DNA of 62,948 bases, counting the filler, from Licmophora abbreviata (taxonomy: Eukaryota), in NCBI GenBank assembly GCA_900291995.1. It is 17 parts of 17 records of this genome, joined end to end, with 100 filler letters (N's around TTAATTAATTAA, not from the genome) between each part and the next. Parts side by side here need not be neighbours in the genome. Positions count along the whole stretch, not along the records: positions 46,171 to 49,376 come from OLMU01003453.1; positions 49,477 to 50,577 come from OLMU01003454.1; positions 50,678 to 52,295 come from OLMU01003455.1; positions 52,396 to 53,693 come from OLMU01003456.1; positions 53,794 to 57,511 come from OLMU01003457.1; positions 57,612 to 58,710 come from OLMU01003458.1; 11 more parts are not named here. One strand, written 5' to 3'. Both the position numbers and the translations under genes were made by a program. Below are positions 47,205 to 58,457 of the stretch, in pieces; positions within the stretch are counted from its first letter, which is position 1, and every line of letters starts with the position of its first letter. Below the pieces are notes generated by a model that had not been told where the DNA came from, searched no databases, and worked only from the letters and a program-made list of their open reading frames with translations.

Positions 47205-47539
47205 ACCGTGTAGTCAAGTGTGTCGAGCTCACTCGGCGCGACGAGCATCGTCGTTCTGGATGAACTTTACTAAAAGCGCAGAATAAACTGAGTTTTTCTA
47301 CGTTATAAAGCTTTTCTCATGGATTGACTTAAGAAGTGGTCAATTGAAAGTGAATCTCGTAAGATTGCACTTTGGTAATTGCCGGACAGAGAGAGCAACC
47401 ATCATTGCAAGATAGACAGCGTACACACTAGCGAGCTCCCTCTCTTCCAAAAAAAATATGCCACCAATGACGCGTATGCTTTCGCCCTCCATCATCGCTT
47501 TTCGATGCACGACAAAACCCCGCTGCGGCGTCACTCCTC

Positions 47540-48298
47540 ATGTGCATGGACGACGGGTACACCATGGTCTTTCCTGCTTCCCAATTAGGGTGCTTTCGAC
47601 GGGCCTTCTTTGACTGCAGACATATGGCTTGGGCTCGTCGCTGCATTGTGACTCATGAGCCGCCGTTCACAATGACGTCTATGCGGCCATGCACGGTGGT
47701 GCTGACAGAAGATCGGTCCAAGATTGAAGCATCCTGGCATGACGTCTTTCTTCAGGATCTTCCAAATAAACGAGGATTGGAGTATGGATATCTAGAGGTG
47801 AAAGGAGATACACTTCAGGAGCGATTGAGGACTTTTGAGCAGGAGCTGGCAGCGTTGCCTAGTGTCGTGTTGGTGGCGCGAGGGCCTCTGGTATCCTGGC
47901 TGGCGCAGTACTATCTGGAAAGCTCACCGTTGGCTGGACTAGTCATGGTTGACCCTATCGATTATGATGCATTGCACAGCAATCCTCGTTTTAGAGATTT
48001 GCTCGAAGTTTGCCACCGTGGAAACGAGTCGGATCGTAATTTTGTGGATCGAATCCTGAGGAGAATCGAGACAAGGCCGTTGAAACTGGAGCCTGGGCCT
48101 GTACCAATGTTTGTGATTCAATCTTCATGTGATCCAGAGATTCTCGAAATGGCTCATGAGGTAGCGAGACGACACAGTGATGCCGATGGGACCTTCGGCG
48201 ACGTTCCGATCCGAACTATCAGACCTCCAGACTCAAAAGGAAACAACGATGACGCCATAGAGATCATTTGCAACTGGATCGACGATGTAGTGCTTTGA
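47540..48298 (+). CDS. Alpha/beta-hydrolase-fold-like protein, nucleophile apparently absent; start uncertain
   Basis: VVLVARGPLVSWLAQYYLESSPLAGLVMVDP resembles the elbow-helix-strand of a/b hydrolases but has no GxSxG. Confidence 0.5.
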   Translation: MCMDDGYTMVFPASQLGCFRRAFFDCRHMAWARRCIVTHEPPFTMTSMRPCTVVLTEDRSKIEASWHDVFLQDLPNKRGLEYGYLEVKGDTLQERLRTFEQELAALPSVVLVARGPLVSWLAQYYLESSPLAGLVMVDPIDYDALHSNPRFRDLLEVCHRGNESDRNFVDRILRRIETRPLKLEPGPVPMFVIQSSCDPEILEMAHEVARRHSDADGTFGDVPIRTIRPPDSKGNNDDAIEIICNWIDDVVL

Positions 48299-48616
48299 TA
48301 TGGTCGCATTGAGGTCTTACTATAGTACCTCAGGTCTTCAAGAGTACTATGATGCGAGTATGGTTGATAGCGTATACGGAGTAGACTACGAAGTAATCCA
48401 CTCATCATAACGTTTACTCATAGTCTGCTCATCGTGCGTGTGGGGCACGCGGCGACGAAGCGGCGTCATCTATGATAGAAATCATTGCAAATAGAAATCG
48501 ACCATGATTGTGCGGCGGCATCAGCCTGTATCGGTATCCTTTCTTCTGTAACTCTCGGAGTACGCCATCCCTGTCACAACTTCGCCCGCACATCCCTCCT
48601 ATCCTCCGACGATTCG

Positions 48617-49376
48617 ATGTTTGTCTTAACGACCATAGTTGACACAGTGCGGATCCCTCCGCCGATGCTGGCCCATCCGACTTTGGTCAGTGTACACAAG
48701 GAAATGGACCGAAAGTATCCGAATCGCGTCATCATGGATGTGGGACTAGTCATATGCCGCTATGGTACGGCGCTGCAGGTTGGCGATGGGGTGTGCGTGG
48801 CAGGCGATGGCGGCGCACATCATGAAGTGATCCAGAAGTTCATCGTCTTTCGACCCTTTGTCGAAGAAGTGTGCGTCGGGACGATCCTCAAGAGTACCGA
48901 AGCTGGAATACAAGTTTCAATGGGATTCTTTGAAGATTGTTTTATCCCTGCATACTGGATGCTAAGACCAAGTCACTTTGATCAAAAATCCAGTCTGTGG
49001 GTCTGGACGCCTTCGTACTTTGAGGAGGAGGAAGGGAACGGTGCGGCAGACGACGACGACAATGGTTTCGAGCTGGAGGTAGGAGCACAAATACGTTTCA
49101 AAGTGAAATCAATCAACTTTACTCGGGTCATCAATACGGCAAAGGGGGTACAGGCGACGACGACCACAACATCACAGACACGTGCTACAATGGACCGATC
49201 GATGAGCGTGGGAAGTTCAGGAGAGCATGACGGCTCATCGCCCGATCGGCCAGTCAGAAAGCGGAGTACATCTATCGATCTGACTTCATCAAACGACATA
49301 CCTGCTAGCATGCATATTGTGGCGTCTATTTGCGAAGAAGGGCTTGGGTTGACGAGCTGGTGGACATCGCCAGACG
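48617..49376 (+). CDS. RPC8: RNA polymerase III subunit RPC8/RPC25, end in gap
   Basis: MFVLTTIVDTVRIPP, KYPNRVIMDVGL, VFRPFVEEV, GFFEDCFIP, GLGLTSWW. Confidence 0.93.
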
Positions 49377-49476
49377 NNNNNNNNNNNNNNNNNNNNNNNN
49401 NNNNNNNNNNNNNNNNNNNNTTAATTAATTAANNNNNNNNNNNNNNNNNNNNNNNNNNNNNNNNNNNNNNNNNNNN

Positions 49477-49900
49477 ATTGGATCTGTCGGTGGCGCTGTG
49501 GGAGTATCAACCGGCGGCTCCTTGGGGGGTCTACAGGAGGATCGAATGGTGGCTCTACCACCACCGGTTGGTCGGTCGGGGGATCCACCGGTGGTTCAGT
49601 CGGAGGGTCCACAGGCGGCTCGGTCGGAGGGTCAACAGGTGGTTCAGTCGGAGGGTCGGTCGGGGGATCCACCGGTGGTTCAGTCGGAGGGTCAACAGGC
49701 GGCTCGGTCGGAGGGTCAACTGGTGGTTCGGTTGGTGGATCCACAGGTGGTTCAGTCGGAGGGTCAACAGGCGGCTCGGTCGGGGGATCCACCGGTGGTT
49801 CAGTCGGAGGGTCAACAGGTGGTTCGGTTGGTGGATCCACAGGCGGTTCTGTAGGAGGTGCGACCGGTGGCTCCGTCGGAGGATCGACAGGCGGATCTGT
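49477..49900 (-). repeat. Coding tandem repeat, 24-bp unit encoding PPTEPPVD (~15 copies)
   Basis: Recurrent + strand units such as ggtggttcagtcggagggtcaaca. Confidence 0.95.
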
Positions 49901-50563
49901 TTCGGAGAGTGCAAGACAGCAGTTGTTGTCTTCGCCTGCTTGCTGGGCCAACGCACATTGGAAGGAGCTAGGATGATAGCTGGGTACAATTTTGCTCCCT
50001 AGGTCCCCACAAGTGAAACCAAATTCGGGAACTGGGGTGGATGGATTTCCAACAGATGACCCTGGACATAGTTGGCATCCCCGCAATTCTCGACTTCGTC
50101 TGTCTTGCAAGCTCGGACAAAGGCACCAAGACGCCAGCGACTGATAAGCAAGACATTCACGCGAGGATGAATGTTCTGACAGTGACGCGGCCCTTTCCTC
50201 GACCGAGCCACATGTTTTTCGTCCCGTCGATGTCACAGCTGCTTCTGGCAAAGATCGACCGGGAAACGGGACTCTCGATCCGTCGGGACAGATCGGGCAC
50301 GAGAAGCTTGATCCTGCACACTCGCAAAAGTCGGCATAGACTCTGTAGTCGTCAAGGCAGACAGCTTCAAAAGCACCAAGATCCGATGCTTTTTTCTCGA
50401 GATCCCCGCAGGTCACTGTTTCACCGTCAAGACCATGGAGGATGACCTTTTCGTTCGCCATCACTGACGCTGCGGACCCGCAGACATGACACGCCATGTG
50501 CGCCTCTGCCGCTCGCACGGCCGCCACCAGGGCACCCCAGATCGCGATTCTTTCCCACACCAT
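49477..50563 (-). CDS. Secreted Cys-rich repeat protein with Pro-rich stalk, 3' truncated
   Basis: Signal peptide. Three ~60-aa CxxC...TCG...C...C modules. PPTEPPVD tandem repeats. Confidence 0.85.
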
Positions 50564-51155
50564 GGGAATCAGTTCCTNNNNNNNNNNNNNNNNNNNNNNN
50601 NNNNNNNNNNNNNNNNNNNNNTTAATTAATTAANNNNNNNNNNNNNNNNNNNNNNNNNNNNNNNNNNNNNNNNNNNNGCAGGTAAAAGTACTGTCTGTAT
50701 TATACCCGTTACCTTACAGAGCGTGACGACTTTTGTGTGAGAGGGTGGTGAGAGACGAAAGTCTACAGTACGTGCGAATCAAACCCACGGTCGCAACATA
50801 GCTGTACCATGCATAGCCGTTAGACCTATTCTCAACCGCCTAATACTGCAGTGGCAGATGAGACTGAGCGTAAGTGTATCATTTCCAATCGTAGGGGAGG
50901 ATCAGACTGAATTGGTTGCAGGCCGATGGTCGTTGCTCGTCGCGAAGTGAATGATGGCTAGATCGATGCTATAACTAACTATGACTCGCCTACTTTCGCG
51001 CATTAACTTTGCTTTACAGTTATGGAATAAGAAATGCAGCGGCGGACACCGACCTCCTGTGATACATCTAGCTCGTATCATACAACTAGTATCAATGCAG
51101 CAAGCGACATTAGTCTTGGCAGTGCGCAATGACAGATCAAATAGTCTAAGAGCGC

Positions 51156-52241
51156 TCATTGATTGTCTTTTGTAGCTGAATCGCCTCGGAGAAGCTGACG
51201 AAAGTCATCGTTTCGTCCGCGACCGGCGCCGCCGGCGCCCCCTCTTCCACCTCCACCGTACGGCCGATCACCTGTACCAATTAGCGCAGGTGCTCGAGTT
51301 TTTCTCTCTGGTACGACGAACCCCGTCGGTGCCGAAGAGAAGCTGGGGCCGCCGCTTGGTGCGAAGCTAGGTTCCTCGCTTGGTGAATTCGACGGAACAT
51401 AGCTCGGCACTAAGCTCGGAACGCCGCTCGAAAGTAACGACGGCATGGAACTAGATTGGTCGCTGGGCGACAAAGAAGGCAACACACTAGGAGAAATACT
51501 CGGCATCAGGCTTGGCTGTTCGCTGCTCGACTCGACTGTGCTGGCAGTCGGGCTACTGGATGGCGTCGCAGTACCAAACGGATCCTCAAGGAAGGCGCAA
51601 TCGCATCCCTCCGCCCAGGGTCGTGTCGTCCCCGAAAGCTTCGCGTTCAAGCACTGATCTGGATCACGCAGTGCTGGAGTGACAAAGTCCAGCTCTGTGC
51701 ATGTTATTCCGAAGTTTCCTATGAAAACATCGGGTCTCGTGATAGCCTGTCCAGTGGGACAGAGAGTACAAAATGGTTCTACGTTGTCACAGCAGATGGG
51801 GGCGAGACGCTGTGCGTTATAACACTGCTCCTGTCGTTCCGGGAGCGTTGTCCCCAGCAAGTTTGCGGTCGTCTCAAAACCACCACATGTACCCTTTGGG
51901 TATGGGAGCTCCAGCGTCGGGTCTTTCAGCGGAGCACCATTAGGACAGATGTTGCAGACAAAGCTGTCAACTTTGTTGGAGCACTCGCACTGGAGCGCAT
52001 AGACACCATACTCCGCTTCACAGTCTGCAGCGGTATACGTGGGATCGAGATCTCCAATAAGGACCGCAAGGTCGTTGAGACTCTTGCAGGTGATGGATCC
52101 TCCACCGAAACCCCCACTCAAAGCCAGTTTGTCCTCGTTGAACGTCGCAGAGGGATCGCCACAGATCGAACAAGCCCCATCAACGCTGCCAGGCGCGACG
52201 AAAATGAGGAAGGCAGCGACAAGCCAAGGTATACACATCAT
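51156..52241 (-). CDS. Secreted Cys-rich repeat protein (paralog of 49477-50563) with PSxxPS stalk and G/R-rich tail
   Basis: Signal peptide. Three CxxC..TC modules. Repeats PSLMPSISPSVLPS. Tail GGGGRGGAGGAGRGR...LLRGDSA. Confidence 0.85.
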   Translation of the reverse strand: MMCIPWLVAAFLIFVAPGSVDGACSICGDPSATFNEDKLALSGGFGGGSITCKSLNDLAVLIGDLDPTYTAADCEAEYGVYALQCECSNKVDSFVCNICPNGAPLKDPTLELPYPKGTCGGFETTANLLGTTLPERQEQCYNAQRLAPICCDNVEPFCTLCPTGQAITRPDVFIGNFGITCTELDFVTPALRDPDQCLNAKLSGTTRPWAEGCDCAFLEDPFGTATPSSSPTASTVESSSEQPSLMPSISPSVLPSLSPSDQSSSMPSLLSSGVPSLVPSYVPSNSPSEEPSFAPSGGPSFSSAPTGFVVPERKTRAPALIGTGDRPYGGGGRGGAGGAGRGRNDDFRQLLRGDSATKDNQ

Positions 52242-52661
52242 GTGTGTTCATACGGTGCCATCGATCTCACACATACATGCAACGATGTCAATTTANNNNN
52301 NNNNNNNNNNNNNNNNNNNNNNNNNNNNNNNNNNNNNNNTTAATTAATTAANNNNNNNNNNNNNNNNNNNNNNNNNNNNNNNNNNNNNNNNNNNNGTGTA
52401 AAGGAACTCACTACCCCATCAACGGTACAACGCAAAGATACGAATTGGAAAGGTTTTACGCCATGCATAGGAAATAAATAAGCTTATGAATCCTACAGGA
52501 TACGCAACACTACTACGAAGAATATGCTGGACAAAGAGAGCTTTGCTCGTAAGTTGTCCGTCCGCTCGGTAGAGTTACTCGTCTCAAGACGCTCTCAGCT
52601 GCCACTGCCACGATTTTGAGCTCGGCTCAGGGTCCCCAACAGCCCACTACGCAAGAAAAGC

Positions 52662-53899
52662 CTAAGACGTAGGAGCCGCGTCGCCGCGCAAGCAGCCTTC
52701 GGTTCGACTCAGACGAGCGGATTCCCCGCCTACACCAGGCGTGCCGCGTCCCCTGCCACGGCACCGAAACGGAGATGGTTGCTCCTCCCTTCTCAAGGGC
52801 ACTGGTGGAAAAGAAGGCCGAGGACTCATTGTCGGAGCCGGCATAACTACTGGCGCGGCAGTGGGGAGGTCAGTTGCAACAGGAACGGTCGATGGCGCCG
52901 TGGAAGGGTCATCAACAGGTGCTGCCGTTGGGTGGTCTGTGACTCCTGCCGAGAAGACACAAGTCCATGTTGCGACCGGAAGCACATCCACACCGGAACT
53001 GTCGAGGAAAACACCAGTAGAAGGAACTGTGGATGGTGTCAACTGGAAAATTGGTACCTTGGGATTCGTGTCGATATTGGATGATCGATAGGTTGTGCCA
53101 CTATCTGTTCCGGCGTCGTATGGGAACGTGTCGATGGTAATAGTGCTGAACCATGTGTTGGTCTCGGTATCCGCCATCATCAGATCGTGAAAGCCAGAGA
53201 TCCAATCAGGGCTGAAAAGAGTGCGGTGATTGAATAATGAGAAATGCACGTTCACAGGAAAGCCGAGCGTCATATTGATGCCTTGGAATCATACCTTGGC
53301 GCAATCATCGAAATCGACGACAGAAGGCGGTGAGCAGCATCGACATCAATGCCTGCAATCATCTGAGACGGTTCCCCTGGTGGAAACATATCAGTTCCGA
53401 TCTGGACATCTAGAACCTCTGCTCCCGCATTTGCCAGCTCGCCACGAAGGACACCAGTCGCTCCTGTCTGCATCAAAACCAAAAAACAAAAAAATGATGA
53501 GCAAAATTGTGGCGTGCAATTCACCAGTGGTCGATGGCTGACACCCGCCCATTTTACCTCTGCCACCCGCTGAACTCCCGACGTAGCAAGAATACCGGCC
53601 TCCCACATCGTGTAAGCGCTCGAGTGCGAAGCAACGACCGGCGGACTCCAGTGGGCACCGCTGGGATAGTCTGCAATGTGGCGAGTTGCCGTCNNNNNNN
53701 NNNNNNNNNNNNNNNNNNNNNNNNNNNNNNNNNNNNNTTAATTAATTAANNNNNNNNNNNNNNNNNNNNNNNNNNNNNNNNNNNNNNNNNNNNGCAGTCG
53801 TACGCGACGGGAAGGTTAACACTAATGTTGCTAGTGACGGTGGCGAATGTTGAAGTCATGATGGGCGATAGGAAGAGTGATGAAGAGCAGATTCGACAT
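52662..53899 (-). CDS. Spondin_N domain secreted protein with Pro/Thr stalk; introns 53468-53557 and 53212-53294; N-terminus across spacer
   Basis: YPSGAHWSPPVVASH, GVQRVAE|TG, SMIAPS|PDWISG, PYDAGTDSG. The likely N-terminal piece (...VAYDC) lies at 53794-53899 and needs a frameshift to reach its putative ATG. Confidence 0.88.
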
Positions 53900-54260
53900 C
53901 GAATGAAACAACGAAAAGTGTCCGGGCAGAATGTGAGCTCGTTTCGAATTTGGCGATTCACTTTGAGAACCGGTTCATCCGTTGAGCACTTTTAAAATCG
54001 TATGGATTGCTTATTTGCGCTATAGTAGAGTTTATTGATCAAATTGCTGGATATAGTATATCTACACACGGGCAGCGTCCTGACGGTTCAAGGTCACGCG
54101 ATGGCAGCCAACCATCTGCTCAGTGAATGATGTGGTCAACGACGCCGGGACGCCGCCATCAGCCGCCAGAAGAAAGCGGGAACAGCGAGGCGAGGCTACA
54201 ACTCTGCTCGGTGGAGTCTACGTTCCAACATTGAACGCGTTCAACCACTGCCAAGGCACC

Positions 54261-55124
54261 ATGAAAGAGAAACGCAAGCTGAGAGAAATGATAGGAGACG
54301 CTGAAGAAAAGAAGCGAAAGAAGAAGGACGAGACGGCTGCTGACATGTCGTCTGATGACGACGACGCCTCTCTCTTGGCAGCTGCGGGCGAGTGGGCGAC
54401 AGTCGCTCGAGGAGAAGAGGGGGGAAATCGTCAAGAAAGATCCGAGACAGTAGAAGATCGAAAGACGGAAAATGGCAAGAGATCTTCTTGGTCCTTGCAT
54501 GTGACGCAGCTGTCGTTTGATGTTACAGAGTACGACTTGCGAACGCTCTTTGTGGACCATGGATGCTTCGTATCCTCGGTTCGGTTAGTATACGACACGG
54601 ATCCCTATTCCAAGCACCGCACGTTTCGGGGCGTGGCATTTGTGGATGTGTCTGACGAAGACTCCTCTCTCAAGGCTCTGAAACTGGATCGAGCTGCTTT
54701 GAAGGGGAGGAAAATTAATGTTCGACCGACAAGGACCAAAACGGAGCTCGCGGAAATTGTGAAGCAAACTAGAGAGCGAGTGGCTTCAAAGATCGAGCAG
54801 AGCAAAGATAAGGCAAAAAACAGTGAAAGGATTGGAGACCCAACGAATAGACGGAACGAGAAACGCAAGAGACCGAGCAATCGGCCAGAACGACGCGATC
54901 ATGAACGAGAAGCGCGACAGCATCATGGCGGTTCCCGAGGCCGCAACGATTCTATCGAGTTGAAGAGCGGACGTTCGCTACCTGATGGAACTTCGAGCAC
55001 AGTAGAAGCATCAACTTCTCATCAACAAGCTCATCGCCCGAGGAAGATTGGGAGCGATCGAAAACTGACAAAGAAGGAGCGGAATCGCCGTGCTGCAATC
55101 ATTGCCAGCAGGAGACGAAAGTGA
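54261..55124 (+). CDS. Single-RRM basic protein, probably nucleolar
   Basis: RNP2 LHVTQLSF and RNP1 FRGVAFVDV, with K/R-rich termini. Confidence 0.85.
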   Translation: MKEKRKLREMIGDAEEKKRKKKDETAADMSSDDDDASLLAAAGEWATVARGEEGGNRQERSETVEDRKTENGKRSSWSLHVTQLSFDVTEYDLRTLFVDHGCFVSSVRLVYDTDPYSKHRTFRGVAFVDVSDEDSSLKALKLDRAALKGRKINVRPTRTKTELAEIVKQTRERVASKIEQSKDKAKNSERIGDPTNRRNEKRKRPSNRPERRDHEREARQHHGGSRGRNDSIELKSGRSLPDGTSSTVEASTSHQQAHRPRKIGSDRKLTKKERNRRAAIIASRRRK

Positions 55125-55187
55125 TACCGGTTTTGTAATGAATGCTCCATAAAGGCGCAATAACAACTCTAGTTTCATTCAAGCTGT

Positions 55188-57207
55188 CTAAAGGCGAGTA
55201 ATATCACGACCGAAGATCTGTCGTTTCAGCCAGTCATTCAGAACCAGCAATCGATTCCTCCATGAAACCTGCTTTGTCAAATAGACGCTTTTCCAGATTG
55301 TGTTTCCGAGCATACCCGTTCCCTTGATTGGATCCTTGTCTGGAACGACAGCCACCTGCGCAAGGGCAGAGCCACCACCTGTGTAAGCCAAAATACCGAG
55401 ATTCCAAAATTGGAATGGCTTGCTGTATTCTGAGTTCGCGATAGCGAATGCTGAAATCGATTCAGAGATGCTCGAGCCGTGCTCCGGTGTTTTCATCGGC
55501 GGAGGGAAGATACCATCGGTTACCGGAGGGCTCAGGATATACTCCTTGTTCATCAGTCCAGCGACGAACTCCGCTTGCTGGGCAGCGACTTGAGCTGTTG
55601 CTGGGAGCTGCCCATTAGTTATACAGGAGCAGTCGCCAAGAGCAAAGATCTTTCCTTCTCCACCAACGCATCGGAGCCATGGATCCACAGCGACGCGTCC
55701 TCGAGCGACCTCCTGTTCCTTCTTTTGTTCCTCTCCTAGTGACTCAATGAGGTCTAGCGTCAAAGGCAAAGGCCCATTTCCAGCAGCCCATACGGCGAGA
55801 CCGTACTTTGTTTCCCGTCCGTCGTTGAGGTAAATGGTATCGAACGTAACTTCCTTGACCGCACAACCTAGACACACCTGCGTCAGTTCAAAGTTCGGCG
55901 GAAGCAAATCCCCATGCTCTGGGTCAACGAGCGTCACCGTTCGCTTCATCTGTCTGACAGCTTCTTCCTGTAGAGCTTTATCGAAAGGTGCCAACACAGA
56001 TCCCGCTGCCTCAATCACTTTGATGCTAATGTGCTTTAGCAATTCCGGATAGTACTTGGGCCCATCCTGCTCGATAAAATCACGCAGCTCCGCGGCAAAC
56101 TCGACACCAGTGGGACCAGCGCCAATGACAGCAAAAGTCAAGGCGTTCTTCTTATCTGCGTCTGACGTGTTTGGGAGATTGGCACGCTCAAAGCAATTCA
56201 CAATGGCTGTCCTGATGCGACGGGCGTCTTCGACCTGTTTGAGAAAGCAGCAATGCTCTCGCACACCAGGAATTCCAAACGTATTTGTCTGCGCGCCAAT
56301 GGTGACAACCAGTCGATCGTAGTCTACGGAAAAGTCGTCAATCTCGCAAGAGTTCCCCTCGCAAGCAACGGAATGGCAGCTCACTGTTCTGGTGTTTACG
56401 TCAATCTCAGTCGCCACGGCTTCGAGATAGTTCGCTTTGCGATTCAGCTACGCATAAAGTTATGACCGATGTGATAGAATAAAAGGTTGAGTGGGAGGTA
56501 GGGTTCAAGGTTGAGGATCGTTCATCGTTCTTCAAGTGTCGTGGTGGACGTACCTCGCGGACTGGTTCGGTGATACTACGGTATTCGACAGATCCCACGG
56601 TAGCTCCGGCTAGCATGGGTGTAAAGAGAAAGTAGTTCCGAGGAGAGACAATCGTGACATCGTACAGATCCGTGTCAATATCCTTCAGAAATGCCGCAGC
56701 ACCCCATCCGGTTCCAAGCACGACGACCTTTTCCTTCGTCGTGGGACTCTGTGTGTGTTTCTTGAATGCCTTCCCGACAAGACCCTCGGCAATTTCAGTG
56801 AATTTCTCCGCAAGGAAGAGAGGATAGGCACGTGGCTTCGTCATACGCTCCATCTTGGCCTCAAGCGAGTCTCTGGAGCGCTCCGAGGGTGACGCACGCG
56901 CCACATCGACAGCGTCGGCGGCGTTTACGTATGCGCCCTCCATATTGGCGCCGTCCAGCACTCCGTATTTGCCCTCGTCTTCCTTGTTCAACTTGCTTCC
57001 CCGTTTCTCTAGTTCCCGCCGCAACTTCTTTTCCTCTCCTTTGGTTTGACTGGAGTACACTGCTGTCGTTGAGAAGGGACGTGCTGCTGTTGTCGTTCCG
57101 ATGATGGAATGCTGACTGTGCCGAATTGGGGAAAAGCAACCGACCGAGCGTGACGAGCCCGACAGTAGCAGCAGCGACAGAGCGAAGGATGCAGCGGGGA
57201 TCTTCAT
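55188..57207 (-). CDS. Type II NADH dehydrogenase (NDH-2) with bipartite plastid-type presequence; intron 56448-56553
   Basis: VVLGTGWG, SPRNYFLFTPML, VIGAGPTGVEFAAE, FALGDC, PATAQVAAQQ, WKSVYL, IFGRDI. Signal peptide followed by C-FSP. Confidence 0.93.
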
Positions 57208-57249
57208 TTGTGAATAGTCGTTTGGTAAGACGGGAACTGCGTTGTTTTC

Positions 57250-57279
<30 letters not shown>
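57250..57279. repeat. (TTG)n/(CAA)n microsatellite upstream of NDH-2
   Basis: About 10 tandem TTG units. Confidence 0.9.
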
Positions 57280-57280
<1 letters not shown>

Positions 57281-57638
57281 GTATTATGACGAGAGACGAA
57301 ACTAGACCTATGATATCTTGCAGTTCGCATTCTTGTCCAGTACATGCGCCACGTCTTTCCCGAAGCCTCGGCGAAATCCCAAGAAAGGCCTTTCGCGCTG
57401 CCGCGCATGGGGTCTAACCAGGTACGCGGCCTATATACGAGTATACCGGTATATACATGAATGATGCTATGCAGTCCAAACCGCATCCATAACACTATAC
57501 GAGGTAATTTTNNNNNNNNNNNNNNNNNNNNNNNNNNNNNNNNNNNNNNNNNNNNTTAATTAATTAANNNNNNNNNNNNNNNNNNNNNNNNNNNNNNNNN
57601 NNNNNNNNNNNTGGAGCTCGTATGACACACTCTTCAAA

Positions 57639-58457
57639 CTATTCCACAAAGTTGGTGCCGTCAATCGGCTCCCAGCCCGATTCTATCAAGGACTGTTCCA
57701 GAGCAACATCCTGCGTCTCGTCATCAGCATCACCATCACTTTGCTTGTGCAATAGCTCGACGAGCCCGCCATCGGCATCGTACAGAAAGGCTAGTTCATA
57801 GACGTTCCCTCCAATAATCTGTTGCATCGGTTCCAACGCAATTCGCAGCGACTTTCCAAATACGTCCTTACTCTTGTCGTTCAACGCTTGGATCCAATTT
57901 GAGAGCTGACCCCCATCCTGTACGGCGAGTTCGTTGGTGACATCCAATGCTACATGATTCCACCCTAGCAAGTCCTGTCGTTCCATCATATCAAAGGCCC
58001 GTCGCTTCTTTCCGTCGGGTTCTTGCAGCATGTGCGATGGTACTTCGATGAGTTCCAGACGACAGCTAGAACCTCGTATACTGCTACTAGCGTTGCGCGT
58101 CGTCAACCAGGCAGCTCGTGCGGGCCCGGCGCGGAACTTGGCCTCGACGTGGAAGCCCAGCAGACTGTAGAATTGGAGTGCCACTTCCAGGTTGCGAGTC
58201 TTGAGAGCCGTATGATGTAGGGTGAGCGATGGAACAGGAGCAGTGGTAGACGACGACGAAGCGGACAGAGGAGAAGGTCCATGTGGTTGTACTCTGGACG
58301 CGCGCAGCACCGTGAGGCGTGCGTCGAGTCTTGGCCGCCGATTCACGGAGACGAGGAGGAACCCATTGCATCTTGGGAGCATTAGAATCATGCACCATAC
58401 ACTCAAGCATGCCATAGAAGTCGTCCGTCGCTCATGATTCGCCATCATCATCGTCAT
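57639..58457 (-). CDS. Glyoxalase/VOC family protein, probably plastid-targeted
   Basis: LHHTALKTRNLE..FYSLLGF, RLELIE, GWNHVAL, FLYDADGGLVEL. Signal peptide followed by G-FLL. Confidence 0.88.
   Translation of the reverse strand: MTMMMANHERRTTSMACLSVWCMILMLPRCNGFLLVSVNRRPRLDARLTVLRASRVQPHGPSPLSASSSSTTAPVPSLTLHHTALKTRNLEVALQFYSLLGFHVEAKFRAGPARAAWLTTRNASSSIRGSSCRLELIEVPSHMLQEPDGKKRRAFDMMERQDLLGWNHVALDVTNELAVQDGGQLSNWIQALNDKSKDVFGKSLRIALEPMQQIIGGNVYELAFLYDADGGLVELLHKQSDGDADDETQDVALEQSLIESGWEPIDGTNFVE

Noticed and set aside
49478..50002. Repetitive ORFs in alternative frames (GRRVNRW..., DPPVVQSEG...)
   Set aside because: They are by-products of the 24-bp coding repeat.
57207..57495. Poly-Gln N-terminal extension of NDH-2
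   Set aside because: It lies upstream of a clear signal-peptide Met and is a CAA microsatellite in the leader.
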